Shown here piece after piece: positions 37,757 through 47,189 of a DNA stretch of 64,000 nucleotides; the stretch's first letter is position 1; each line of letters begins with the position of its first letter. The notes below the pieces were generated by a model. The model searched no databases. It had not been told where the DNA came from and worked only from the letters and a program-made list of their open reading frames with translations. Source of the stretch: Leptospirales bacterium (GTDB taxonomy: Bacteria > Spirochaetota > Leptospiria > Leptospirales > Leptonemataceae); assembly GCA_019694685.1 (NCBI GenBank), contig JAIBBM010000024.1, positions 698 to 64,697 of the forward strand, written 5' to 3'. A program made the translations under genes and the position numbers.

Positions 37757-39040
37757 ATGGTGGATGTCCGCAAGAACAAGCTACTCTTGATCCAGAGTCT
37801 ACTGCTGGATTTGATCGGTTTTTCCCTCATCTTTCCACTGGTTCCGCATCTTCTAGAATATTATCTGAATGCGGCCGCAAATACACCCATGGACAGCTGG
37901 CTTCCTCCAGCGGCGGACTATGTGCGCGGACTTTTGCCAGAAGACAGGCGATCAAGCGCAGAACTCATCGTCTTGATTGGCGGAATCCTTGCTTCCATCT
38001 ATTCTTTCCTTCAATTCTCAGTCGCTCCTTTCTGGGGTAGACTTTCAGACAGAATCGGCCGCAGGCCTGTTCTGATCATGACGAGTTGCGGGCTGGCCGC
38101 GTCTTATTTGCTCTGGTTTTTCTCCACCAGCTTCACCATGTTTCTCCTCTCCCGTGTCCTGGGAGGTGCGATGGCTGGAAACATGGGAGTGGTCTCTGCG
38201 TCCATGGCGGACATGACAGAACCAAAAGACAGAACCAGAGCGATGGGAATGCTGGGTGCGACGTTTGGAATCGGATTCATCCTGGGCCCGGTCATCGGCG
38301 GACTTTCTTCTCTTGCCAATCTACCGCAAATGTTTCCGGGCCTTCACTGGCTCAATCCGTATTCATCCTGCGCTCTTGTATCCGTACTCATGTCGATTGG
38401 ATCTGCCACTGTGAACTCTGCTCTGTTTACGGAGACGCTTCTCCATCCTGTAGCGCGAAAAGAATCTGTGGAAATACCAACGTCTGATTTGCGTGGCCTG
38501 CCCGCAGTGCTCTTGATCGGCTTCTTGTTCACATTCCTTTTTGCTGCTTTTGAGTTTTCTCTTACGTTTTTTTACAAAGCAGAATTCTCTCTCGGCCCGG
38601 CGGCCATGGGATTTATTTTTTCCTATCTGGGAATCCTGATCGCTCTGGGCCAGGGTGGACTTGTGCGAAGGCTATCAGGGAAAGTCCAGGAAAGATCTAT
38701 GGCTTTTGTTGGATTGTCTCTTCTTCCTGTGCCTCTGGCGCTTCTCGCTCATGCGCCAGGTGTTGGCGTATCTCTTTTGATTCTCATTCCATTGTCGATT
38801 GGCGCGTCCATGATTCGCCCTTCGCTTTCGAGTCTCGCAAGCCTCCTTGCACCAGGCCACAAACAGGGGCAGAGCCTCGGAGTGTTTCGTTCCGCAGAAT
38901 CTCTGGGAAGAGCACTTGGCCCTATCTGTGGAGCATACCTCTACTGGGTCTACGGAGTGAAATTCTCTTACGCCACACTGGCGGCGCTTCTGGCTGTTAC
39001 TTCGCTTCTCTGTCTCTTGATCCGCAAAGCAGACGCATGA
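37757..39040 (+). CDS. MFS transporter
   Basis: 12 predicted helices. MFS motif A: GRLSDRIGRRPVL. I prefer the ATG at 37757 to the TTG at 37712. Confidence 0.85.
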   Translation: MVDVRKNKLLLIQSLLLDLIGFSLIFPLVPHLLEYYLNAAANTPMDSWLPPAADYVRGLLPEDRRSSAELIVLIGGILASIYSFLQFSVAPFWGRLSDRIGRRPVLIMTSCGLAASYLLWFFSTSFTMFLLSRVLGGAMAGNMGVVSASMADMTEPKDRTRAMGMLGATFGIGFILGPVIGGLSSLANLPQMFPGLHWLNPYSSCALVSVLMSIGSATVNSALFTETLLHPVARKESVEIPTSDLRGLPAVLLIGFLFTFLFAAFEFSLTFFYKAEFSLGPAAMGFIFSYLGILIALGQGGLVRRLSGKVQERSMAFVGLSLLPVPLALLAHAPGVGVSLLILIPLSIGASMIRPSLSSLASLLAPGHKQGQSLGVFRSAESLGRALGPICGAYLYWVYGVKFSYATLAALLAVTSLLCLLIRKADA

Positions 39041-39086
39041 GCTGATTGCACTTGCCGGCGGGCCAGTCCAACCGTACCATGTAAGC

Positions 39087-40805
39087 ATGCGATTCATTGC
39101 ACTCATCCTTATATCTGTAACAGGCTTTTGCAGGCAGAGTTACGCGGGCTTTGTGGCAGAAACACTCAGCTCGGATTCCATGCTCGGAAGAGAATCAGGA
39201 ACACCCTCCGCCAAAAAAACAGCAGACTGGATTCGCGATCAGTACATTGCCATGGGGGCATATCCTGCCTTCGCATCTGGTTATACGCAAGAGTTTTCAT
39301 TCAAAGCAGGAGTGGAACCGGAAAAAAGCACCCTGGCGATCGGAACCCGTACGTTAGACGGCATTCCATTGCCCCTGTCCGCACCAGGATCTGCAGAAGG
39401 TAAATTCGCATTTGGCGGATACTGCGTTGAATCAGACGAACACAATGTGCATGATCTGGCAACGCTCGATTTGCAGAATAGGATTGTGCTTTGCCTGAGA
39501 TGGACTTCCGAGGGTGAAAAAGATCGCAAGCTCGCGCGCGCCATGAGCTTTCAGAGCAAATGGCACAACCTGGCAAAACGCAAAGCCGCCGGAGTTATTT
39601 TTCTCTATCCAGAAGGAAGCGAACCGCCCGCCCCCGGCGATTTTATGGCCGGACATGAAGCAGGACCGATTGCGATCTCACTTCCTACAAAAGCTCTCAC
39701 AGAATTATTTCCGTGGCTTGCCTCTGCGCAGGACAAAGCTCAGAAAGGAGATGTATGCGCGGCTGGAAATGAATGCAAAGGAACCATTCAAATTGCATAC
39801 ACGAGCAAACAGAAAACAGGGTATAATGTCGGCGCCTTCCTTCTTCCCTATGTTAAGGGACAGCGGTATGCCATTCTAGGAGCGCACTTTGATCACCTCG
39901 GGAGAGGAAACTTTTCCAGCATGGGCGGGCGCGGACTCATTCATAACGGCGCAGATGACAATGCATCCGGCACGGCAGCAGTGCTGGCCGCGGCAAAATC
40001 CTGGGAGGAAGATGTGCGAAAGGGGACGCGAAAGCTTCCAGAAAATACGAACGTATTGTTTCTCAACTTTGATGCAGAAGAGCGCGGTCTCTTTGGATCA
40101 CTTGCATTTGTAAACCATTCTCCTTTCCCACTCTCGGACGCGGCCGTGATGGTGAACCTGGACATGGTGGGCAGATACAGACCGGAGAAAGGGATGACCG
40201 TGCAGGGAAAGGACAGTGCAGATCCACGGCTGCTGGAAATATTCCAGGCTGGTTTCAAAGAAACCTTTCCAGGAAACGCGAAGCTAAAACAAATCTCCGG
40301 AGGAGGCGGACCAAGCGATCACGCTTCTTTCTATATGAAAGGAGTCCCTGTTGCATTTCTGTTCACCGGATACCACCTGCAATACCACAAACCCGAGGAC
40401 GATTTTGCACTTCTGAACATTGATGGAATTGATAGATCCAGCCGTTATGCGGCATTCATCGCGAATCAAGTACTGAAACTGGAAAAACCGCTTCAGTTCA
40501 AACGAGCGTCAGAAGAAGGCCAGGAAGGGCAGATGGAATTCAGGCTCCGACTTGGAATCATGCCCGGAAGCTACGAAGGCGGTACAGAAGGACTTCTTGT
40601 GGGAGGAGTTCACAAGGGTGCACCCGTAGAGAAGACGGGGATTCAGGAAGGGGATGTGATCATATCCCTGGGGGGCAAGACCATCCACGATGTCCAGGAT
40701 CTAATGGAGTTCCTGAATACTGCTTCCGCGGACCAATCCTATACGATTGTATTCATGAGAAACAAAGAGCGCATCACAAAACAGACGCGCCTCATGAGCG
40801 AATAA
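39087..40805 (+). CDS. Exported M28-family aminopeptidase with PA-like insert and C-terminal PDZ domain
   Basis: Signal peptide MRFIALILISVTGFC. M28 metal ligands: GAHFDHLG, NGADDNASG, LFLNFDAEERGLFGS. PDZ: GLLVGGVHKGAPVEKTGIQEGDVIISLGGKTI. Confidence 0.8.
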   Translation: MRFIALILISVTGFCRQSYAGFVAETLSSDSMLGRESGTPSAKKTADWIRDQYIAMGAYPAFASGYTQEFSFKAGVEPEKSTLAIGTRTLDGIPLPLSAPGSAEGKFAFGGYCVESDEHNVHDLATLDLQNRIVLCLRWTSEGEKDRKLARAMSFQSKWHNLAKRKAAGVIFLYPEGSEPPAPGDFMAGHEAGPIAISLPTKALTELFPWLASAQDKAQKGDVCAAGNECKGTIQIAYTSKQKTGYNVGAFLLPYVKGQRYAILGAHFDHLGRGNFSSMGGRGLIHNGADDNASGTAAVLAAAKSWEEDVRKGTRKLPENTNVLFLNFDAEERGLFGSLAFVNHSPFPLSDAAVMVNLDMVGRYRPEKGMTVQGKDSADPRLLEIFQAGFKETFPGNAKLKQISGGGGPSDHASFYMKGVPVAFLFTGYHLQYHKPEDDFALLNIDGIDRSSRYAAFIANQVLKLEKPLQFKRASEEGQEGQMEFRLRLGIMPGSYEGGTEGLLVGGVHKGAPVEKTGIQEGDVIISLGGKTIHDVQDLMEFLNTASADQSYTIVFMRNKERITKQTRLMSE

Positions 40806-40807
40806 CG

Positions 40808-41851
40808 TCAGGCAGAAAGTTTGTAGCCCAGCTGGACCAGTGTAAAGAGCAGTGCTGCCATTCCACCTGACATGGGGATCGTAAGAATCCAGGCCCACAC
40901 TACGCTGCGTGCCACTCCCCACCGCACGGCAGAAAGTCGCCTGGTGGCGCCCACGCCAATGATGGAACCATTGATCGTGTGGGTTGTGCTGACTGGAACG
41001 CCACCGTAGGTTGCCATAAACATGGCAGCCGCGCCTGCAGTTTCTGCAGCAAATCCACCCACTGGCTTGAGCTTGGTCAGACGTGAACCCATGGTATGAA
41101 CAATCCGCCATCCGCCAGATAGAGTTCCAAGCCCTATGGCAGCGTAGCATATGAGAACCACCCAGAAAGGAACATTCTTCGCTGCATCCGGAACTAGATT
41201 GGAAGCTGCCAGAGCAGCGGCGATGATACCGATTGTTTTTTGTGCGTCGTTTCCGCCGTGTCCGAGGCTGAAGAGAGCGGCAGACACAAGCTGCAATTTT
41301 CGAAACAATCGATCCACTCGATCAGGACTGAATTTGCGAAAGATCCACATGATCGCGACCATGATCAGAAAACCCAGAATGATCCCGACGAGAGGAGAAA
41401 TGATGATGAAAGAAACCGTCTTAATCCAGCCTGCAGAAATCAGAATCCCATTGGAAAAGCCGCCGTTCGCCGTGATCGCCGCACCCGCATACCCGCCAAT
41501 CAAAGCATGAGAAGAACTGGACGGCAGACCATAATACCAGGTGATCAAATTCCAGATAATCGCTCCAATCACGCCGCAGAGCAAAACCCATAGCTTTCTA
41601 AACGCGAAATCGTCCTGGATGAGTCCAATATTCACCATGTCTCCGCCGATTGTCTTGGCAACGTGTGTTCCAAAAATGGCAAAGGCGACGAAATTAAAAA
41701 AAGCAGCCCACAGTACAGCGCGACCAGGAGTCAGGACACGCGTGGAAACAACAGTGGCGATTGAATTTGCTGCATCGTGAAATCCATTGATGTAGTCAAA
41801 AGCAAGAGCAATGACCACGAATATGATTACGAAAACCAGAACTGCGTTCAT
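40808..41851 (-). CDS. Inorganic phosphate transporter, PiT family
   Basis: 347 aa. GFHDAANSIATVVSTRVL and a second half with GGNDAQKTIGII, the duplicated PHO4 signature. Confidence 0.9.
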   Translation of the reverse strand: MNAVLVFVIIFVVIALAFDYINGFHDAANSIATVVSTRVLTPGRAVLWAAFFNFVAFAIFGTHVAKTIGGDMVNIGLIQDDFAFRKLWVLLCGVIGAIIWNLITWYYGLPSSSSHALIGGYAGAAITANGGFSNGILISAGWIKTVSFIIISPLVGIILGFLIMVAIMWIFRKFSPDRVDRLFRKLQLVSAALFSLGHGGNDAQKTIGIIAAALAASNLVPDAAKNVPFWVVLICYAAIGLGTLSGGWRIVHTMGSRLTKLKPVGGFAAETAGAAAMFMATYGGVPVSTTHTINGSIIGVGATRRLSAVRWGVARSVVWAWILTIPMSGGMAALLFTLVQLGYKLSA

Positions 41852-41856
41852 AAACT

Positions 41857-42471
41857 TTATTTGTTCTTTACAACGACGCCTTCGAGCGCCTCTGCCACAT
41901 CTTTGCAGCGGTCGGTTGCATCTTCGAGAGTTTCAAAGATGCTCATCCACTTGATGACTTCGATCGGATCTTTTTCCTCTGTGAAGAGTCTGCGGATCGC
42001 ATCGCGGTATAGATGGTCTGCTTTCTTTTCGATGTCGTTGATGTTCTTCGGATGATCTCCCAGGTTTTTATTTTGTTCGAGCATGGAGAAAGCGTGTTCA
42101 AGCTCCACTGCACCCTGGTGAATCAATCTTGCAAATTCAACTGCCTCCGATCGAGGAGTCTTAACACTGTATGTATCAAAACGAAACGCCAGGCCATTGA
42201 TCGCGTCCATGATATCGTCTACTTCTTTGACCAGTAGAAAGATGTCTTCGCGATCAATCGGAGTGATGAAACTTGTGTTGAGTCTGGATGTAATGCTTGC
42301 GGCAATTGTATCGCACTGAACTTCTACGCTTTTGATTTCGTCTGCGAACTTGTGATGATTTCCGAAATCGTCAAACAGGCGAAGGAAGATTTCACTGCCC
42401 GCTCGCACCCTCGCTGCAAGTTCTGATAGGGACCGGAAGTATTTTTCTTCCTTTGGAATGAAGCTGAACAT
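41857..42471 (-). CDS. DUF47 / PhoU-like phosphate transport regulator
   Basis: Starts MFSFIPKEEKYF. Helical PhoU-like repeats (DREDIFLLVKEVDDIMD; EKKADHLYRDAIRRLF). This is the canonical partner directly upstream of PiT, with a 5-nt gap. Confidence 0.8.
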   Translation of the reverse strand: MFSFIPKEEKYFRSLSELAARVRAGSEIFLRLFDDFGNHHKFADEIKSVEVQCDTIAASITSRLNTSFITPIDREDIFLLVKEVDDIMDAINGLAFRFDTYSVKTPRSEAVEFARLIHQGAVELEHAFSMLEQNKNLGDHPKNINDIEKKADHLYRDAIRRLFTEEKDPIEVIKWMSIFETLEDATDRCKDVAEALEGVVVKNK

Positions 42472-42569
42472 GACAAACCCCTGACACAGTTTTGTAATCA
42501 CAAGACTGGGGTGCACTTCCGCGCTGTCCCGCAGGATTTCACAGCCTCGATCTGTTTTTTTTGTGTGAT

Positions 42570-43028
42570 TTAGAGTGCTGGCAGGTTCAGAAAAAGAGTC
42601 GCTTTCTTGCCCGTGCCCCAGTGCAGGTCACAAAAAATGTTTCTACCCTTGCGAAAGCAGCTCACTTCGTGGTTTCGGCCCTGAATGGAAATAGGAAGGG
42701 AGAATTCGAATTTTTCTGAGATTTCGCGCTGAGCGGATCCGACGAGGATGTTTAGAATTTCGCGCGCAGTGTCTCCGACCATCGGGTCTTCAAAAGGAGA
42801 TTTAGTCTGAGTGAAACGCTCTGCCGCATCCATGGCGCTGTCTGCGTCAAACGCAAGCACTACGCACGCGGGTGCCTTCGATGAAATGGTGATGCATGCG
42901 CTCACGTCCGCGCGAACGGGATAATCTACGTGTTCGGCAATGGGCCCCTGTGTCATGTCTACGGAAAGCATGTCGCGAAACGTAGTTTTGAGACATGTAG
43001 AGAAAGCCAGTATGTGCGAAGTGTTCAC
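42570..43028 (-). CDS. CheX/CheC-like chemotaxis phosphatase-fold protein
   Basis: 152 aa with a GTG start preceded by GAGG. DTAREILNILVGSA resembles the CheX/CheC D/E-x3-N-x3-G helix. It lies 13 nt downstream of the CheY-like gene. Confidence 0.6.
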   Translation of the reverse strand: MNTSHILAFSTCLKTTFRDMLSVDMTQGPIAEHVDYPVRADVSACITISSKAPACVVLAFDADSAMDAAERFTQTKSPFEDPMVGDTAREILNILVGSAQREISEKFEFSLPISIQGRNHEVSCFRKGRNIFCDLHWGTGKKATLFLNLPAL

Positions 43029-43041
43029 GTTTCCATCCCTC

Positions 43042-43407
43042 TTAATGCAGAAATTCCTGAATGTTCTCCCAGAGCACGCTGCCTCGAACTGGTTTTTCGA
43101 TGTAAGTGTTTACACCGGCCTTCCCTGCTTCCAATACTTTTTCTTTGTCGGTGACAGAGGTTACCATGACGATTGGAACGTCTTTCCCGGAGCCTCGCAC
43201 CTGCTTCACAAAAGAAAGACCATCTACCACAGGCATCTGCCAGTCCAGGAGAACCAGATCGATGCTTTCGCTTGCGAGTTTGTCCAGGGCTTCTTGCCCG
43301 TTGACCGCTTCCACCACTTCAATCTGTTTACCGCTGCCATAGCTTGCCAGCGTGCTTTTAATCACGCTTCGCATCATCGCAGAATCGTCCACTACAAGTA
43401 TCTTCAT
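43042..43407 (-). CDS. Single-domain CheY-like response regulator
   Basis: MKILVVDDSAMMR, LVLLDWQMPVVDG, IVMVTS, YIEKP. All receiver landmarks (DD, D, T, K) are present. Confidence 0.9.
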   Translation of the reverse strand: MKILVVDDSAMMRSVIKSTLASYGSGKQIEVVEAVNGQEALDKLASESIDLVLLDWQMPVVDGLSFVKQVRGSGKDVPIVMVTSVTDKEKVLEAGKAGVNTYIEKPVRGSVLWENIQEFLH

Positions 43408-43447
43408 TACAGATGTCAGATTCGAGACGCCGGGGTATGCCGGCAAT

Positions 43448-45868
43448 TCAATCCCGCTTCTCCAGAACAGACTCGGGCAGAACCACGATGAATTTGGTGA
43501 ATGTTCCTCTTTTGGTCTCTACTCGAACATTGCCTCCGAGCGCTCTGGCTTCTTCTTCCACTACATCGAGACCCACTCCACGGCCCGCGCTTTCTGTAAC
43601 TCGCTCTGCCGTGCTAAAGCCTGGCCGGAAAATCAATCTCAGCACTTCTGCAGGAGATGCAACGTCCGCCTGTTCTTGCGTCAAGATTCCCTGTTCGATC
43701 GCGTGACGGGCGATTCTCTCCTGATCCAGGCCCGCCCCGTCATCTTCCACCGCAATTCGAACCTGGCCGTCATTGTGAGTCATCAGAAGGCGTATGGAAC
43801 CATCGATTGCTTTTCCTTTCTCTTTTCGCGCGTCGGGCGTTTCAATTCCATGAACTACAGCGTTTCGAATCATGTGACCCAGCATCGCGCGAACGCGAAC
43901 CAGAGCATCTCCACGGAGAACTCCCGCACGATTCTCAAACTCAAACGCAACAGCTTTGCCCGCGGCGAGTGCTTCCTGCTCTACAATTCTTTCACATCTT
44001 TCTGCAATCTCTGCAGATGCATCGAGAGTCTTGACTCTAAACACGTCCTTCATGTTTACAATCTTGTCAAACAACGCTCCGCCATCCTGAATTTCCGCGA
44101 TGAGTTTCTTTCCAAGTTCCGCGGCGCCTGCAAGCTTATCCTGTGCACTCGATTCTGGATCTTTGCGAATTGCATCGAGCACATCTTCCAGTTCGTGAGC
44201 ATTCTTCGCAATCGCGTCGAGACCGAGCGCGCGAGCGTTTCCCTTGAGAGTGTGCACTTCTCTAAAACACAAATCAAGAGCGGATCTGTCCGATCCTGCA
44301 AGAGCAAGCTTCTCGACCACCACATCCGCTGTTCGGCCTGCTTCCTCCAGAAAAGATTTAAAAACATTAGGATCGAGATTCAGAATCTGATATAGCTTTT
44401 CAATGCGCGCAGACTGCTCTGCTTCGCGTTCTGCAAGAGCGCGCTCCAGTTTCATTTGTTCCGTGCGATCGTCGATGACAACGAGCAGCTTCTCTATCTG
44501 TCCTGCGCCGTTCTTAACTCTCGAAAATGAAAAGGAAAGAACCTTCTCCTGATCCCCTGACAGGATCCGAACTTCAGAAAGCGGATTGGCAGCGGCGAAC
44601 ATTCGCATGGACATGAATGGATTTTCAATGAGCTGTCCTACAAAGTCACGAACAGAATTCTGCAACTGAGCCGGGAACAAATCTGCAAATTCCAACCCTT
44701 CCGGTTGCTTGCCCAGCATATCGGGAACTCTTCCTGAATATTCAGAGTTTACTTTTCCGGATCTGTCTATGGTCAGGATGCCTTCCTGAATGTTTCGAAG
44801 AATGTCAGACATCTGACCGCGGCTTTCATTGAGTTCCGCCGTACGTTCTTTAACACGATCTTCCAGAGTAGTGGCATACGTTCGCACTTCGCGGACCATG
44901 TCGTTGAACGTGGATGCAAGAATTCCAAGCTCATCCTTACTCTTAACTACAATTTGAGTAGAATAATCACGCGCTTTCACCCTTTCTGCGCCGGCGCGAA
45001 GAGCAACAATGGGGCTCGCAATCAAACGAGAAAGAGCAAGAGAAAGAATGATTGCAAGAACCACGCTTCCACCAATGACCGCGATACATATATAGTAAAG
45101 TTTCTCAAGTAAGTTGAACTGTGAGGTTGCACTCATGTCAATCCCCATCACGGCCGCGACGCTGCCATCCGCTCGAAGAATGGGGACATACGCGGACATC
45201 CATTTGCCCCACTGATCTTCGTAATATTCCTCACTCGTGCGCACCTTGCCATCGAATGCAGCCATGAGACCTGGCTGAGCGGATACGTTGTAGAGCTTTC
45301 CAATCTCTGAGGCCTCTTCTTCTGGATCAATCTTGCCGTTCCCGTTTTCATCTCCTGCTTCGTAGTCTGCGTCTGCGATGAATTTGAGAATGCTTCTGTC
45401 TTTGACTTCCGGAATGGGAACGAGCAAGTACGTAAAGCGCACGCGCGGCGGATCGTCTTTTGGCCAGGGCTCCTGACCTAGAATTCCGAGATTCACCATC
45501 CCTTTGCGTGAAGCATTCTTGATCTGTCTGAGAGCCTGGACCACCAGAATGAAATCATCCGATTTTTCAATTTCGTGCACTCGCGAACCGGAGATCACAG
45601 AGATGCTTTCGCCGGGCCCGATAGACAGGTGGTCTTTGTTGCGCGAAGAATCTTTCTCTGACAGTTCATTGAGCCGATCGATCGCACGCCTGTGTTCTGC
45701 GCTGAATATGAACTGGCCGGTGCGGCCCATATCTGCCAGTCTTTCTGCAAGTTCATTCCAGACGTTCTGTCGCGTTATCTTGTAAAAGTAACCCAGGCCG
45801 GCACTGGTGGTGACGAAAGCTAGCATCGACGTTGCGAAAGCAAGCTTCAAACCGAATGAAATGCGCAT
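43448..45868 (-). CDS. Membrane sensor kinase with CheA-type core: TM, extracytoplasmic domain, TM, HAMP, PAS-like, Hpt (P1), CheA-like ATPase (P4); no CheW-like P5
   Basis: 806 aa. TMs LKLAFATSMLAFVTTSAGLGYFY and ICIAVIGGSVVLAIILSLAL. HAMP: DELGILASTFNDMV. Hpt: CFREVHTLKGNARALGLD. P4: LGHMIRNAVVHGIE, VEDDGAGLD, FRPGFST, GRGVGLDVV. The protein ends about 25 aa after the G2 box. Confidence 0.8.
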   Translation of the reverse strand: MRISFGLKLAFATSMLAFVTTSAGLGYFYKITRQNVWNELAERLADMGRTGQFIFSAEHRRAIDRLNELSEKDSSRNKDHLSIGPGESISVISGSRVHEIEKSDDFILVVQALRQIKNASRKGMVNLGILGQEPWPKDDPPRVRFTYLLVPIPEVKDRSILKFIADADYEAGDENGNGKIDPEEEASEIGKLYNVSAQPGLMAAFDGKVRTSEEYYEDQWGKWMSAYVPILRADGSVAAVMGIDMSATSQFNLLEKLYYICIAVIGGSVVLAIILSLALSRLIASPIVALRAGAERVKARDYSTQIVVKSKDELGILASTFNDMVREVRTYATTLEDRVKERTAELNESRGQMSDILRNIQEGILTIDRSGKVNSEYSGRVPDMLGKQPEGLEFADLFPAQLQNSVRDFVGQLIENPFMSMRMFAAANPLSEVRILSGDQEKVLSFSFSRVKNGAGQIEKLLVVIDDRTEQMKLERALAEREAEQSARIEKLYQILNLDPNVFKSFLEEAGRTADVVVEKLALAGSDRSALDLCFREVHTLKGNARALGLDAIAKNAHELEDVLDAIRKDPESSAQDKLAGAAELGKKLIAEIQDGGALFDKIVNMKDVFRVKTLDASAEIAERCERIVEQEALAAGKAVAFEFENRAGVLRGDALVRVRAMLGHMIRNAVVHGIETPDARKEKGKAIDGSIRLLMTHNDGQVRIAVEDDGAGLDQERIARHAIEQGILTQEQADVASPAEVLRLIFRPGFSTAERVTESAGRGVGLDVVEEEARALGGNVRVETKRGTFTKFIVVLPESVLEKRD

Positions 45869-45978
45869 ATCCTAATCTCAAAACGGAAAGCTCCCTGTCG
45901 AGTGGTTCGCGTCAGAATGCCGGCAAATCGGTCACAAAATTTCCATTTATCTCCAGGCTCATTTTCAGGAAATGGCAT

Positions 45979-47148
45979 ATGGATTATTCACAAAAATCCC
46001 TGATCATCCACGAGCAGCTTCGCGGAAAGATCGGCGTTTCCAGCAAGATGAAAATTGAAACCATGGACGATTTGTCCGTCGCCTACACTCCAGGTGTGGC
46101 GGCTCCCTGTCTTGCGATCGCGGGCAACCGGGAGCTTGCCAAAAAACTCACCATCAAGCACAACTCAGTTGCTGTGGTTACAGACGGATCTGCAGTTCTT
46201 GGCCTCGGAAACATTGGACCGGAGGCAGCCATTCCTGTAATGGAGGGAAAAGCTCTACTCTTCAAGCAACTGGCAGACATCGACGCATGGCCTGTGTGTC
46301 TTGATACGCAGGACACAGACGAAATTGTAGAAACAGTTCGTCGCATTGCACCTGTATTTGGCGGCATCAACCTCGAAGACATATCTGCGCCGCGTTGTTT
46401 TGAAGTGGAGCGAAGGCTTCAGGATCTGGGCATTCCGGTTTTCCATGACGATCAACACGGAACTGCCATTGTGCTACTGGCCGGACTTCTCAACGCCTGC
46501 AGAATCACAGGAAAACAAATTTCGGATCTTCGCATCGTGATCAATGGTGCGGGAGCGGCAGGCATCGCCATCACGAACATACTGCGCGATGATGGTCCCG
46601 GAGACAAGATCATCGCAAAAGACATCATCGTGTGCGATACTCAGGGAGCCATTCATGCCGGGCGCACGGATCTGAATTCTGAAAAGCAGGAATTGTTACG
46701 TTATACGAACTTTGAAAATCGTAGCGGATCGATTCAAGAAGTGATGAAGGGTGCAGACGTGTTCATTGGCGTGAGCAAAGCAAATCTACTGACTGCGGAC
46801 CATGTACGCACCATGGCAAAAGACTCCATGATCTTTGCTCTGGCCAACCCTGTCCCTGAGATCATGCCTGCAGAGGCTAAACTCGGCGGAGCAGCGATCA
46901 TTGGTACGGGTAGAAGTGACTTCCCAAACCAGGTCAACAATGCTCTTGCTTTTCCTGGCATCTTTCGCGGAGCGCTGGATGCGGGTGCGCGAAAAATCAC
47001 AGATGAAATGAAAATCGCCGCAGCACGCGCTCTGGCAGAAATGGTAAAAAACCCGACGCCCGAGCACATACTGCCCCGAGTTCTGGATCCTGCGGTATCC
47101 GCTACGGTTGCAAAAGCAGTCTACAAAGCTGCGCACGACCAGGCCTGA
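45979..47148 (+). CDS. NAD(P)-dependent malic enzyme (short form)
   Basis: Starts MDYSQKSLIIHEQLRGKI. Contains YTPGVA, ITDGSAVLGLGNIGP, FGGINLEDI, VFHDDQHGTAIV, NGAGAAGIA and ALANPVPEI. Confidence 0.9.
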   Translation: MDYSQKSLIIHEQLRGKIGVSSKMKIETMDDLSVAYTPGVAAPCLAIAGNRELAKKLTIKHNSVAVVTDGSAVLGLGNIGPEAAIPVMEGKALLFKQLADIDAWPVCLDTQDTDEIVETVRRIAPVFGGINLEDISAPRCFEVERRLQDLGIPVFHDDQHGTAIVLLAGLLNACRITGKQISDLRIVINGAGAAGIAITNILRDDGPGDKIIAKDIIVCDTQGAIHAGRTDLNSEKQELLRYTNFENRSGSIQEVMKGADVFIGVSKANLLTADHVRTMAKDSMIFALANPVPEIMPAEAKLGGAAIIGTGRSDFPNQVNNALAFPGIFRGALDAGARKITDEMKIAAARALAEMVKNPTPEHILPRVLDPAVSATVAKAVYKAAHDQA

Positions 47149-47189
47149 GGTTTTTTTTGATTTGACCCTTCGCCGTACGCGAAGTAGAA

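Noticed and set aside
43352-44395. 347-aa ORF antisense to the CheA-like kinase gene
   Set aside because: The opposite strand encodes unmistakable Hpt and ATPase motifs. The antisense product is low-complexity with no recognisable features.
47146-47184. T8 run right after the malic enzyme stop as an intrinsic terminator, plus the CTTCGC-cgtac-GCGAAG hairpin (47168..47184)
   Set aside because: No stable stem precedes the T-run. The 6-bp hairpin lies after it and is not followed by Ts, so neither fits a canonical terminator. It may still be a weak regulatory element for the TonB receptor gene.
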